Positions 9,591 through 17,589 of a DNA stretch of 64,000 nt are shown here, in pieces (positions within the stretch are counted from its first letter, which is position 1; each line of letters begins with the position of its first letter). The notes under the pieces are model-generated. The model saw nothing but the letters and a program-made list of their open reading frames with translations, searched no databases and was not told the DNA's origin. The position numbers were made by a program, and so were the translations under genes. The stretch comes from Eubacteriales bacterium (lineage in GTDB: Bacteria > Bacillota > Clostridia > Oscillospirales > CAG-272), in the NCBI GenBank assembly GCA_045535815.1, contig JAZSMJ010000034.1:648-64647 (forward strand). Direction: 5' to 3'.

Positions 9591-9623
9591 GCAGGGGCGG
9601 ATTTTTGCAAAAAGAGCCCCTGC
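9591..9623. repeat. Palindrome GCAGGGGC-GGATTTTTGCAAAAAGA-GCCCCTGC
   Basis: Read directly. Same architecture as 9439-9468. It lies just downstream of the nrdR stop. Confidence 0.8.
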
Positions 9624-9633
9624 GTGTTTCCTA

Positions 9634-10095
9634 TCAGCCTTTTGGCTTGTTATGGCGGAGGCTTTTGAGGGCTTCCATAAAGGTTTCGATATCCTTGAAC
9701 TCACGGTAAACCGAGGCGAATCTGACGTATGATACCTCGTCGAGACTGCGGAGCTTATCCATTACCATCTTACCTATCTCGCTTGACTTTATCTCTGCCT
9801 GCAGAGAGTTCTGCACCTCTGTTTCGATCTGATTTACGATATCGGTGAGCTGCTCTGTAGTGACGGGGCGCTTATAGCAGGATTTGACAAGTCCGCTCAT
9901 TATCTTATTTCTGTCAAACACCTCGTGCTGACCGTCCTTCTTTACGACAACGGTAGGCACGGTGTCGATAATTTCGTAAGTAGTAAATCTTTTCTGGCAT
10001 GAAAGACATTCTCGTCTTCTGCGTATGCTGCCCATTTCAGTGGGGCGTGAATCTATAACCTTACTGTCGGTAAAACCGCAAGCGGGACATTTCAT
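9634..10095 (-). CDS. nrdR: Transcriptional repressor NrdR
   Basis: MKCPACGFTDSKVIDSRPTEMGSIRRRRECLSCQKRFTTYE zinc ribbon plus an ATP-cone. 153 aa. Confidence 0.95.
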   Translation of the reverse strand: MKCPACGFTDSKVIDSRPTEMGSIRRRRECLSCQKRFTTYEIIDTVPTVVVKKDGQHEVFDRNKIMSGLVKSCYKRPVTTEQLTDIVNQIETEVQNSLQAEIKSSEIGKMVMDKLRSLDEVSYVRFASVYREFKDIETFMEALKSLRHNKPKG

Positions 10096-10218
10096 AGTAT
10101 TTATCCACCTTTGAATATTAATTGTTATAATAATTATACCATAAGTTTAATCTTTTGTAAATAATAAAAAAATCGTATTTTTTTGCCCTTATTTAATAAA
10201 AACATTGCCAAAGTTCGC

Positions 10219-10247
10219 TTGACAAATATAATTGACTATTGTATAAT
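10219..10247 (+). promoter_or_regulatory. Consensus SigA promoter TTGACA-17-TATAAT
   Basis: TTGACA 10219-10224, TATAAT 10242-10247. It lies inside the 5' extension of the ORF-track model, which argues for the downstream start. Confidence 0.7.
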
Positions 10248-10292
10248 GAGAGCAACGTACATTATTATGTATGTAAAAAGGGGGAATATTTT

Positions 10293-11669
10293 TTGCCTGA
10301 CCATATATGGGGCCAGTTGCTTTTACAGGTCGTGCTTATAGCCGTAAATGCGTTTTTTGCAGCATCGGAGATCGCAGTTCTTTCTCTGAATGACAACAAG
10401 CTTAAAAAGCTTGCTGAGGATGGGGACAAGAAGGCTGAAAAGCTTCTTCGTATGACTGAAAAACCCGAGGGCTTCTTATCGACCATACAGCTTGGTATCA
10501 CTCTTGCCGGCTTTCTCGGAAGTGCGTTTGCTGCCGAACACTTTGCCGACAGGATATGCAGTTGGCTCATAAATGATATCGGTTTCACAGCATTGCCTGC
10601 AAACGTTGTCAATACGCTTGCGGTCATTGTCATCACGCTTATACTCTCTTACTTTACGCTGGTGTTCGGAGAGCTCGTTCCCAAGCGTATCGCAATGAAG
10701 AAGCCCGAGGCGGTAGCTAACGCTACGGCGGGTATAATAAGAGGTATTTCTGTTGTGATGAAGCCTTTCGTTGCGCTTTTCTCGGCATCCACCAACGGTG
10801 TGCTCAGACTCTTCGGTATCAATCCCAAGGAAGAGAGCGAGCAGGTCACCGAGGAGGAGATCCGTATGATGGTTGACATCGGTGAGGAAAACGGCACTAT
10901 CGATTCCGAAGAAAGAGATATGATAGAAAACGTTTTCGAGTTCAACAATATGTCAGCCGCTGATATTATGGTTCACAGAACCGAGATATCGGCTATCTGG
11001 ACCGAGGACACGCAGGAGGAGATCCTTAGTGCAATAGAAGAAACGGGACTTTCGAGATTTCCCGTATACGAGGAGGATATAGACAACATCGTCGGAATCC
11101 TCAGCACGAGAAAGTATCTGCTCAATCTGCAGAGCAAGGATCCCAAGCCTTTCAAGGATATACTTTATACGCCCTATTTCGTTCCGAAAACGGTCAGAGC
11201 CGATGTGCTTTTCAGAGATATGCAGCAGAAAAAGATACATATGGCTATCGTCCTTGACGAATACGGCGGAACGTCGGGTCTTATAACGCTTGAGGACCTG
11301 CTTGAAGAGATAGTCGGAAATATCTACGATGAATTTGATCCTACCACAGAGCAGGATATCGTAAGCATAGGCGAAAATCTGTGGAAGGTAGCAGGCTCGA
11401 CAGAGCTTGACGTCCTTTATGAAACGCTCGACATTGAACACGAGAGTGATGACGAGGAGTTCGATACTCTGGGCGGACTTGTATTCAGTCAGCTTACCAT
11501 GATCCCCGAGGATGGGGCTAAGGTAGAGGTCGAGACCGACCGTCTGCACATCAGCGTCGAAAAGATAGCCGACAGACGTGTCGAATCTGCCATCATATCG
11601 GTAAAAGAACCGCAGGTCGAGGAAGACGACGAGCAGAAGGATAAGAAAGAATCAAAAGATAAAGAATAA
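10293..11669 (+). CDS. CNNM/DUF21 + CBS pair + CorC_HlyC family membrane protein (hemolysin/TlyC-like, putative Mg/Co efflux)
   Basis: Start moved to TTG 10293 behind RBS AAAGGGGGAA. Multi-TM N-terminal region, then a CBS region (IMVHRTEI...) and a C-terminal transporter-associated domain. Confidence 0.8.
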   Translation: MPDHIWGQLLLQVVLIAVNAFFAASEIAVLSLNDNKLKKLAEDGDKKAEKLLRMTEKPEGFLSTIQLGITLAGFLGSAFAAEHFADRICSWLINDIGFTALPANVVNTLAVIVITLILSYFTLVFGELVPKRIAMKKPEAVANATAGIIRGISVVMKPFVALFSASTNGVLRLFGINPKEESEQVTEEEIRMMVDIGEENGTIDSEERDMIENVFEFNNMSAADIMVHRTEISAIWTEDTQEEILSAIEETGLSRFPVYEEDIDNIVGILSTRKYLLNLQSKDPKPFKDILYTPYFVPKTVRADVLFRDMQQKKIHMAIVLDEYGGTSGLITLEDLLEEIVGNIYDEFDPTTEQDIVSIGENLWKVAGSTELDVLYETLDIEHESDDEEFDTLGGLVFSQLTMIPEDGAKVEVETDRLHISVEKIADRRVESAIISVKEPQVEEDDEQKDKKESKDKE

Positions 11670-11676
11670 AATTTCA

Positions 11677-11705
11677 AACGAAGACCTTCGGGTCTTCGTT
11701 TTTTA
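11677..11705 (+). terminator. Intrinsic terminator
   Basis: Stem AACGAAGACC-TTCG-GGTCTTCGTT, followed by a T run. Confidence 0.85.
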
Positions 11706-11738
11706 TCAGCAAAATTTGATTTGTGTGTGATACTTATA

Positions 11739-11767
11739 TTGACATTAAAACATAAAAATGGTAAAAT
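11739..11767 (+). promoter_or_regulatory. SigA-type promoter TTGACA-17-TAAAAT with TG extension
   Basis: TTGACA 11739-11744, TGG-TAAAAT 11759-11767. Leads into the AT-rich islet. Confidence 0.55.
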
Positions 11768-11872
11768 ATATATGCAATATGATTATCTTGTTAAAAAACA
11801 CAAGCCGTTTTATTGTGCACTTTAACAATATATACGAAACAACCGGTGTATTAAATAACGATTGAGGTAAAA

Positions 11873-12343
11873 ATGATTAATCAATACGATTTGTATGATA
11901 TGACTTATGCATTTATATGTGTAAGAAATAATATAAATTATGAATTGAATTTTGAGATTATATCAAAAATAGAAAGCACTCTGAGAAGACAAGATGAGGG
12001 TGTAGAAGATAATCAGATCAGAAAAGCCGTTTCTGAGGTAAATGGGCTTGACCGTGACGTCTGGGATTATGTATATCATAAAAATACTTATGTAAATCAA
12101 CGGTATTTGAGAAACCGTGAACTGTATGATCTTTTTGTAAAGCTGTGTGTGGCTTTTAAGAATGCGTTATACGATCATAACACGGATATGGCATATGATT
12201 TGATAGATTGCTTTCACTGTTTGCCGGATATTTTAGTAAATAATAATTTTGTTATCCCTAAATCTTATTGGAAAACATACGTCATGCCTTTTAGAGATAA
12301 GTGGGACAAAAGCTTTTTGAAACACGAAGAGAATTTGTTATAA
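11873..12343 (+). CDS. Hypothetical cytoplasmic protein (ORFan, 156 aa)
   Basis: Long ORF in an AT-rich islet with RBS TGAGGTAA. No motif I recognise. Confidence 0.5.
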   Translation: MINQYDLYDMTYAFICVRNNINYELNFEIISKIESTLRRQDEGVEDNQIRKAVSEVNGLDRDVWDYVYHKNTYVNQRYLRNRELYDLFVKLCVAFKNALYDHNTDMAYDLIDCFHCLPDILVNNNFVIPKSYWKTYVMPFRDKWDKSFLKHEENLL

Positions 12344-12399
12344 GTTAAAGCCGTTCAATAGTATAACACTACAAGAGTTTTTATAGGGAGATAGTGTGC

Positions 12400-12828
12400 A
12401 TGTATCACTTTTTTGTAGAAGTGCTTCCGATGTGGACTTGTGTTGTCTGGATATATATGCTTGGCAACTCCAATAAAATGCTTAAGCTTGGAAGAAGTAA
12501 AAACGGATATAAAAAATTAAAAAAGACTTTATCTATATGGGATTGGATATCAAAAAGAAAACATCTTAAGCTTACAAAAACGGCGATAACATTTCAATAT
12601 TTTTTTATCATAAATACATACCTGTGGTATTTCTTGCTTATTACCTTTGTTTTTATTTTTGCTGTATCGAGATTTACGGGTAATTTTTACGAATTAATAA
12701 AACCGTATCTTTTATTAAAATGCTATTTGGTAGAAATTCCGCTTTTGATTATTGAGATAATGAATATAAGAAGACCGAAAAACGGCGTTGGGCTGGAATG
12801 GAAAATATTTATTGAAAACAATTTATAG
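12400..12828 (+). CDS. Hypothetical small membrane protein
   Basis: ATG 12400 behind RBS AGGGAG. Contains 2-3 predicted hydrophobic helices (WYFLLITFVFIFAV, VEIPLLIIEIM). Confidence 0.45.
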   Translation: MYHFFVEVLPMWTCVVWIYMLGNSNKMLKLGRSKNGYKKLKKTLSIWDWISKRKHLKLTKTAITFQYFFIINTYLWYFLLITFVFIFAVSRFTGNFYELIKPYLLLKCYLVEIPLLIIEIMNIRRPKNGVGLEWKIFIENNL

Positions 12829-12838
12829 GGAGATATAT

Positions 12839-13165
12839 ATGAAGAAAAGCAAGCATGTATTGTCAATAGTAATTTCCGCCGTTTTATCCGTGATCGCTCT
12901 TCCCGGTGTTCTTTTTGGCGTTTTTGGCTGGACTTGGTTTACCTTTGGGGGCAGTTTGATTCATTTCCTCGTTTCAATGCTGTGCTCCGGAGTGTATGCG
13001 TTTATATTTATAACTGCATTTGTTTTGTTGATAAAAAAATACAAGCTCGGTATTATACCAATGACTGCAGGTATTATAATAATAGCTTTTGCAGTTCTGT
13101 ATTTGCCTATATTTACTATTGAGTCGTTTGCAAAGATGCTGAATATACCTATTGAAGTGTATTGA
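12839..13165 (+). CDS. Hypothetical small multi-pass membrane protein
   Basis: ATG 12839 behind RBS AGGGAG. Four hydrophobic stretches. Its upstream junction sequence is duplicated at 13161-13198. Confidence 0.5.
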   Translation: MKKSKHVLSIVISAVLSVIALPGVLFGVFGWTWFTFGGSLIHFLVSMLCSGVYAFIFITAFVLLIKKYKLGIIPMTAGIIIIAFAVLYLPIFTIESFAKMLNIPIEVY

Positions 13166-13188
13166 AAACAATATGTAGGGGGATCGAT

Positions 13189-14346
13189 ATGAAGAAGGTT
13201 TTAGTATTATTGGCTGTAGTTGAATGCTTGGTTATAGTAATTCTATCTGTTGCATTGTATAACGTTCTTTCCGAAAACGCTGTATTGACGGCACACGTTT
13301 GTCCCGAAATTGAAAATGAACAAGCCGAGCACACGAATGATGAGCACTTGAATAACGGTCATCAGCTCGATGTTGAGTATAATGAACAAGCCGAGCACAC
13401 GAATGATGAGAGCTTGAATGATAATCATCAGCTCGATGTTGAGTATAACGAAAAGAAATCAGTGGCCGTGAGCAATTCAGCATTAACCGCATTAAATGAT
13501 GAATATGCAGGGCTCTGGCAGAAACAGGTTGAAAAATATTATCAAGCGTTGTTTGATTATTACAGCTCAACCGAAGGTCTTTATACTGACAAAGACGGTA
13601 TTACGTATTATCCCGGCGTAAAAGACCATGCTTCAATGATGGAGGAAACAAAGGCATCTCAAGAAAATTGGCTTAAATATTATGAGAGCAGTATTAATTA
13701 CTATAAGGATTTTCTGTATTCTGTATACGGCACCGGAAGCATAGTCCCCGTTAAGCTTTCGGACTACAGCCGTATTTTGTATCGGGCAAAGGCTATCGAG
13801 ATGTGTGAGCTGTATTCAAGCATATCTTCGACGAGCGGTGAGACGGCAATGAGATCGGTGGGCGACAATTACGAAATCGATCAGGTCTATACGGAAGACA
13901 GATTCTATTTTAGATGCCGAGTCTACAATAATAACAAAGAGCTTGTTTTTGAGGAATCAGAGCTTAGAACTTATCCTCAAATAGACAGGGTATACGATGA
14001 TATAATTGATATTCATATAAATCGGGGGACCGGATTGGTTGAGCACCGTTATTACAGTCTGTCACTCGATAAGCTTTCCGATGCTTACGTATACGTTTCG
14101 GCTTTTGACGGAGCAAGAATTGCCTATGTGGATGTTGCCGATAAAAGCAACCCGATGGGAAGCCGAGTCTTGACTGTAAAAGACGTATTTGACGGTAACG
14201 GGTATTACAAGAGCTTTGAGCTTGATTTTCATAATATCGATACTCCTGTTGTGAATGCAGAATTTATAAATGACAAATCTCAGCTAAAGGTTTCGTATTA
14301 TTCAGCACCGGACGGAGATCTGAGAGAAACGGTATTGGATCTGTAG
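13189..14346 (+). CDS. Hypothetical membrane-anchored/secreted protein with a 22-aa tandem repeat
   Basis: ATG 13189 behind RBS AGGGGGA. N-terminal hydrophobic anchor MKKVLVLLAVVECLVIVILSVAL, then 2 x EQAEHTNDE(H/S)LN(N/D)(G/N)HQLDVEYN. The following segment (LNDEYAGLWQKQVEKYY ... ASQENWLKYY) faintly recalls LprI/DUF1311-type helices. Confidence 0.55.
   Translation: MKKVLVLLAVVECLVIVILSVALYNVLSENAVLTAHVCPEIENEQAEHTNDEHLNNGHQLDVEYNEQAEHTNDESLNDNHQLDVEYNEKKSVAVSNSALTALNDEYAGLWQKQVEKYYQALFDYYSSTEGLYTDKDGITYYPGVKDHASMMEETKASQENWLKYYESSINYYKDFLYSVYGTGSIVPVKLSDYSRILYRAKAIEMCELYSSISSTSGETAMRSVGDNYEIDQVYTEDRFYFRCRVYNNNKELVFEESELRTYPQIDRVYDDIIDIHINRGTGLVEHRYYSLSLDKLSDAYVYVSAFDGARIAYVDVADKSNPMGSRVLTVKDVFDGNGYYKSFELDFHNIDTPVVNAEFINDKSQLKVSYYSAPDGDLRETVLDL
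13318..13449 (+). repeat. 2 x 66-bp in-frame tandem repeat
   Basis: Units 13318-13383 and 13384-13449 differ at a handful of positions. Confidence 0.9.
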
Positions 14347-14359
14347 TTTTAATAGAATA

Positions 14360-14387
14360 AAACCGCGAAAGCGGTTTTTTCTTTTTT
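14360..14387 (+). terminator. Intrinsic terminator
   Basis: AAACCGC-GAAA-GCGGTTT, followed by a T run. Confidence 0.85.
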
Positions 14388-14583
14388 ATGGTTTTACCTG
14401 AATATATGCATTTGCTCGGAGCAATAATAAATATACCGATCGAGATCACGGTGTAAGGGCAGTCACATACCGAAGAGATACGTAATAAAATAATAGTGCA
14501 AGGGCTTTTCGGTATAGCGTCCTTTATGCATTGATCAAAACTGCCGCCCGTGAAAGAAAAAATATGGAGTGTGAACAAATAAA

Positions 14584-14988
14584 ATGACGGTAAAACGCGG
14601 TGATATCTACTATGCCGATCTGAGTCCGGTCATCGGATCCGAGCAGGGCGGATTGCGCCCTGTGCTGATAGTTCAGAACGACGTCGGAAACAAATACAGT
14701 CCGACGGTCATTGCGGCGGCCATAACAAGCCGTCTCGGGAAGACCAGACTTCCGACTCACATCGACGTTTACGCTGACCGCTTCGGACTTGCCAAAAATT
14801 CGGTTATACTGCTCGAGCAGATACGTACCATCGATAAAAGAAGACTTAAGGAAAAAATGGGCCATCTGGACGACAGCCTTATGCAGCAGGTGAATAACGC
14901 CATTACGATAAGCTTCGGTCTTGCCGCAGATGCCGACCTTACCGAAAACGCAACAGAGTACGGCGGTACGCCAAGCGTTATAGGATAA
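14584..14988 (+). CDS. mazF: MazF/PemK/EndoA-family mRNA interferase toxin
   Basis: [49 protein letters not shown]...[13 protein letters not shown] closely resembles EndoA/MazF. It has a ~20-aa C-terminal extension. Confidence 0.9.
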   Translation: MTVKRGDIYYADLSPVIGSEQGGLRPVLIVQNDVGNKYSPTVIAAAITSRLGKTRLPTHIDVYADRFGLAKNSVILLEQIRTIDKRRLKEKMGHLDDSLMQQVNNAITISFGLAADADLTENATEYGGTPSVIG

Positions 14989-15015
14989 AGCTTTTTGGAC
15001 GATACAGGATTACAT

Positions 15016-15060
15016 ACGGAAGAGGATATTTGTAAAGTCTCCTCTTCCGTAGCGTTTTTT
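15016..15060 (+). terminator. Intrinsic terminator
   Basis: Stem ACGGAAGAGGA/TCCTCTTCCGT, followed by AGCGTTTTTT. Confidence 0.8.
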
Positions 15061-15093
15061 ACACACAATTTACAATATTTCATCGAAAAGCTC

Positions 15094-15122
15094 TTGATTT
15101 AAGGATCAAAAAAGTATACAAT
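15094..15122 (+). promoter_or_regulatory. SigA-type promoter TTGATT-17-TACAAT
   Basis: TTGATT 15094-15099, TACAAT 15117-15122, upstream of fba. Confidence 0.55.
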
Positions 15123-15149
15123 AGATAGGATAATAAAATTTTAAATAAA

Positions 15150-15165
15150 GGCTGTATGTACAGCC
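15150..15165. promoter_or_regulatory. 16-bp perfect palindrome GGCTGTA-TG-TACAGCC in the fba leader
   Basis: Read directly. Lies 23-38 nt upstream of the fba ATG. Function unknown (operator or leader hairpin). Confidence 0.3.
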
Positions 15166-15187
15166 GTAACGTTTGGAGTGTTTTTTT

Positions 15188-16117
15188 ATGGCATTGGTAA
15201 CAACAAAGGAAATGTTCGAGAAGGCATATAACGGCGGTTACGCTATAGGTGCTTTCAACATCAACAACATGGAGATAATTCAGGCAGTAACAGAGGCTGC
15301 TGCAGAAGCTAAGTCTCCCGTTATACTTCAGGTTTCCTCAAGCGCAAGAAAATATGCGGGACAGAAGTATCTTATGGCTATGACAAAGGCTGCTATCGAA
15401 TCTACCGGTATTGACGCTGCTCTTCACCTTGACCACGGCCCCGATTTCGAGACCTGCAAGGACTGCATTGACAGCGGCTTTACGTCCGTTATGATAGACG
15501 GCTCTCATTTTGATTTTGCCGAAAATATAGAAGTGACCAAAAAGGTAGTTGACTATGCGCACGCACGTGGAGTTGTCGTTGAGGCTGAGCTCGGTAAGCT
15601 TGCCGGCATCGAGGACGACGTAAACGTTTCTGCAGACGACGCTAAGTTCACCAATCCTGCAGAGGTTGAGGAATTCGTTGCAAAGACAGGCGTTGACTCT
15701 CTTGCTATCGCCATCGGTACAAGCCACGGTGCATTCAAGTTCAAGGGAGAGGCAAAGCTCCGCTTCGATATTCTTGAAGAGGTATCAAAGAGACTTCCCG
15801 GCTTCCCGATAGTTCTTCACGGTGCTTCATCGGTTGATCCCGCTCTTATTCAGGAGATCAACGCTTGCGGCGGTAAGATGAACGACGCTAAGGGCGTTCC
15901 GGAGGATATGCTCAGAAAGGCTGCTTCTATGGCAGTTTGTAAGATCAATATCGACTCCGACCTTCGTATAGCTATGACTGCAGGTATCCGCCGTGCATTT
16001 ATAAACAAGCCCGAGGGATTTGACCCCAGAGGATATCTCGGAGATGCAAGAGCAGAGGTTAAGAAGGCTGTTCTTCACAAGATAATAAACGTTCTCGGAT
16101 CAAACGACAAGCTTTAA
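15188..16117 (+). CDS. fba: Class II fructose-1,6-bisphosphate aldolase
   Basis: ATG 15188 behind GGAG. MALVTTKEMFEKAYNGGYAIGAFNINNME, LHLDHG and GTSHGAFKF motifs. Confidence 0.95.
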   Translation: MALVTTKEMFEKAYNGGYAIGAFNINNMEIIQAVTEAAAEAKSPVILQVSSSARKYAGQKYLMAMTKAAIESTGIDAALHLDHGPDFETCKDCIDSGFTSVMIDGSHFDFAENIEVTKKVVDYAHARGVVVEAELGKLAGIEDDVNVSADDAKFTNPAEVEEFVAKTGVDSLAIAIGTSHGAFKFKGEAKLRFDILEEVSKRLPGFPIVLHGASSVDPALIQEINACGGKMNDAKGVPEDMLRKAASMAVCKINIDSDLRIAMTAGIRRAFINKPEGFDPRGYLGDARAEVKKAVLHKIINVLGSNDKL

Positions 16118-16137
16118 TATAGGACGGATTTTTAAAA

Positions 16138-16857
16138 ATGAAATGGTCTGAAGAATACAGAATAGGGATAAATGAGGCTGATGTAAACGGCGTTGCAAGT
16201 GCATCCGCAATTTTGAACTATATTCAGACAACGGCTGATCTGCAGTTCTTTCACGTCGGTCCCACCGCAGAGGAGCTGCGCAGTCAGGGCAGAGCATTTT
16301 TTCTCAGCAGAATAAGTATGAGCATCTATAAGCCGCTCTATGCTCACGACGTTATAAGGGTAGAAACCTGGCCATGCGAGAGCCGTGGAGTAGTCTTCAA
16401 CAGATGCGCTACGGTATTCAGAGGAGACGAGGTGGTCGCCGAGGCGGTCAGCTGCTGGGCTTTGGTCGATATCGAAACTCACAAGGTGCAGAGGGTGGAC
16501 AGCCTTACGTTCAACGTTGAGTATCACGAGATGCTGACGCTTGACGTTCCTTTAAGGATACGCATTCCCAATCAGGACGAGCTTAAGCTTGTCGGTGAAA
16601 GGTCTGTGCTGTACAGCGACGTCGATATGAACGGTCATATGAACAACACACGTTATCCCGACTTTTTCTGCGATTATATCAAGGATATTGCGGACAAGCG
16701 TGTTATCAAGATGACTGTAAGCTTCCAAAAGGAAGCACCTATGGGAGATATGCTCAAGGTCTATAGCTACGAGGATGACGGCACCTATTATTTCCGCACG
16801 CTCAAGGGCGACGGTACCGTCGGTTGCGAGGCTGAAATCGTTATTGATGAAATTTGA
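16138..16857 (+). CDS. Acyl-ACP thioesterase family protein
   Basis: Double hot-dog pattern. The N-terminal half has VNGVASASAILNYIQ and the C-terminal half has YSDVDMNGHMNNTRYPDFF. Confidence 0.8.
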   Translation: MKWSEEYRIGINEADVNGVASASAILNYIQTTADLQFFHVGPTAEELRSQGRAFFLSRISMSIYKPLYAHDVIRVETWPCESRGVVFNRCATVFRGDEVVAEAVSCWALVDIETHKVQRVDSLTFNVEYHEMLTLDVPLRIRIPNQDELKLVGERSVLYSDVDMNGHMNNTRYPDFFCDYIKDIADKRVIKMTVSFQKEAPMGDMLKVYSYEDDGTYYFRTLKGDGTVGCEAEIVIDEI

Positions 16858-16942
16858 ATAAAAGGTGCGTCCCGAAAAAATGCATAGCTGCTTTTAAACG
16901 GACGCACTTTTTTATAAGACGCTCGGCAAACGGAGGCATAAT

Positions 16943-17569
16943 ATGACGGACATACTTATAATATCTCCCGATGCGGTATTTGCGAGAATGGCAGAGCTTG
17001 TTCTCTCGCCCTTGTCGGACAGTATAAGGGTCTGCAAGAGCGTTCACCACACGGTGCATGCAAAGCTGATAATTGCAGATACCAAGATAGAGGGAATTAG
17101 TCAATATATCCAGGGCGGCACCTGCGTTATCGGTATAGTCTCGGATAAGGCGGAGCAGACCGACCGATGCGATAAGGCTTTGGTGAGACCGATATCGGAA
17201 AAAGAACTGAGGGAAACGGCAAAGGCGCTTCTTTACAATAGCAGTGAGGCTCCGTCGGAGCTTGCTTTCGATGCTGCCGTAAGAGTGGGAGATTCCTCTC
17301 TTTTGAGTATAGACCCTCACAGTAAAACGGTCAGCTTTGGCGGTGACGTTGCTGCTTTGACGGATAAGGAGCTTGCGGTCATTTTATGCCTTTTGGATAA
17401 AAAGGGAGAGGCTGTCAGCCGTGCCGAAATAGTTGAGCGTGTATGGGGCGGTGGACGCAGTCCTTCCGAGTGCGACGTATACATAAGATTTATAAGAAAA
17501 AAGATAGACGAAAAATTCGGAATAAAGACTATCTATTCGGTGAGAAACAAGGGTTATATGATAAAATAA
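16943..17569 (+). CDS. OmpR/PhoB-type winged-helix regulator with a degenerate (pseudo-)receiver domain
   Basis: C-terminal LTDKELAVILCLLDKKGEAVSRAEIVERVWGG...VYIRFIRKKIDE...IYSVRNKGYMI. The N-terminus has ILIISPD instead of the DD acidic pocket, and RP in place of the conserved KP. Confidence 0.7.
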   Translation: MTDILIISPDAVFARMAELVLSPLSDSIRVCKSVHHTVHAKLIIADTKIEGISQYIQGGTCVIGIVSDKAEQTDRCDKALVRPISEKELRETAKALLYNSSEAPSELAFDAAVRVGDSSLLSIDPHSKTVSFGGDVAALTDKELAVILCLLDKKGEAVSRAEIVERVWGGGRSPSECDVYIRFIRKKIDEKFGIKTIYSVRNKGYMIK

Positions 17570-17589
17570 TATGCTTGGGGGAGTGAAAT

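Noticed and set aside
14388-14456. 22-codon ORF (MVLPEYMHLLGAIINIPIEITV) and the 7-codon ORF at 14564-14587 as MazE antitoxin candidates.
   Set aside because: Both are far shorter than any MazE/AbrB/RHH antitoxin, have no DNA-binding motif and lack a convincing RBS. They are kept only as a note under the orphan-mazF finding.
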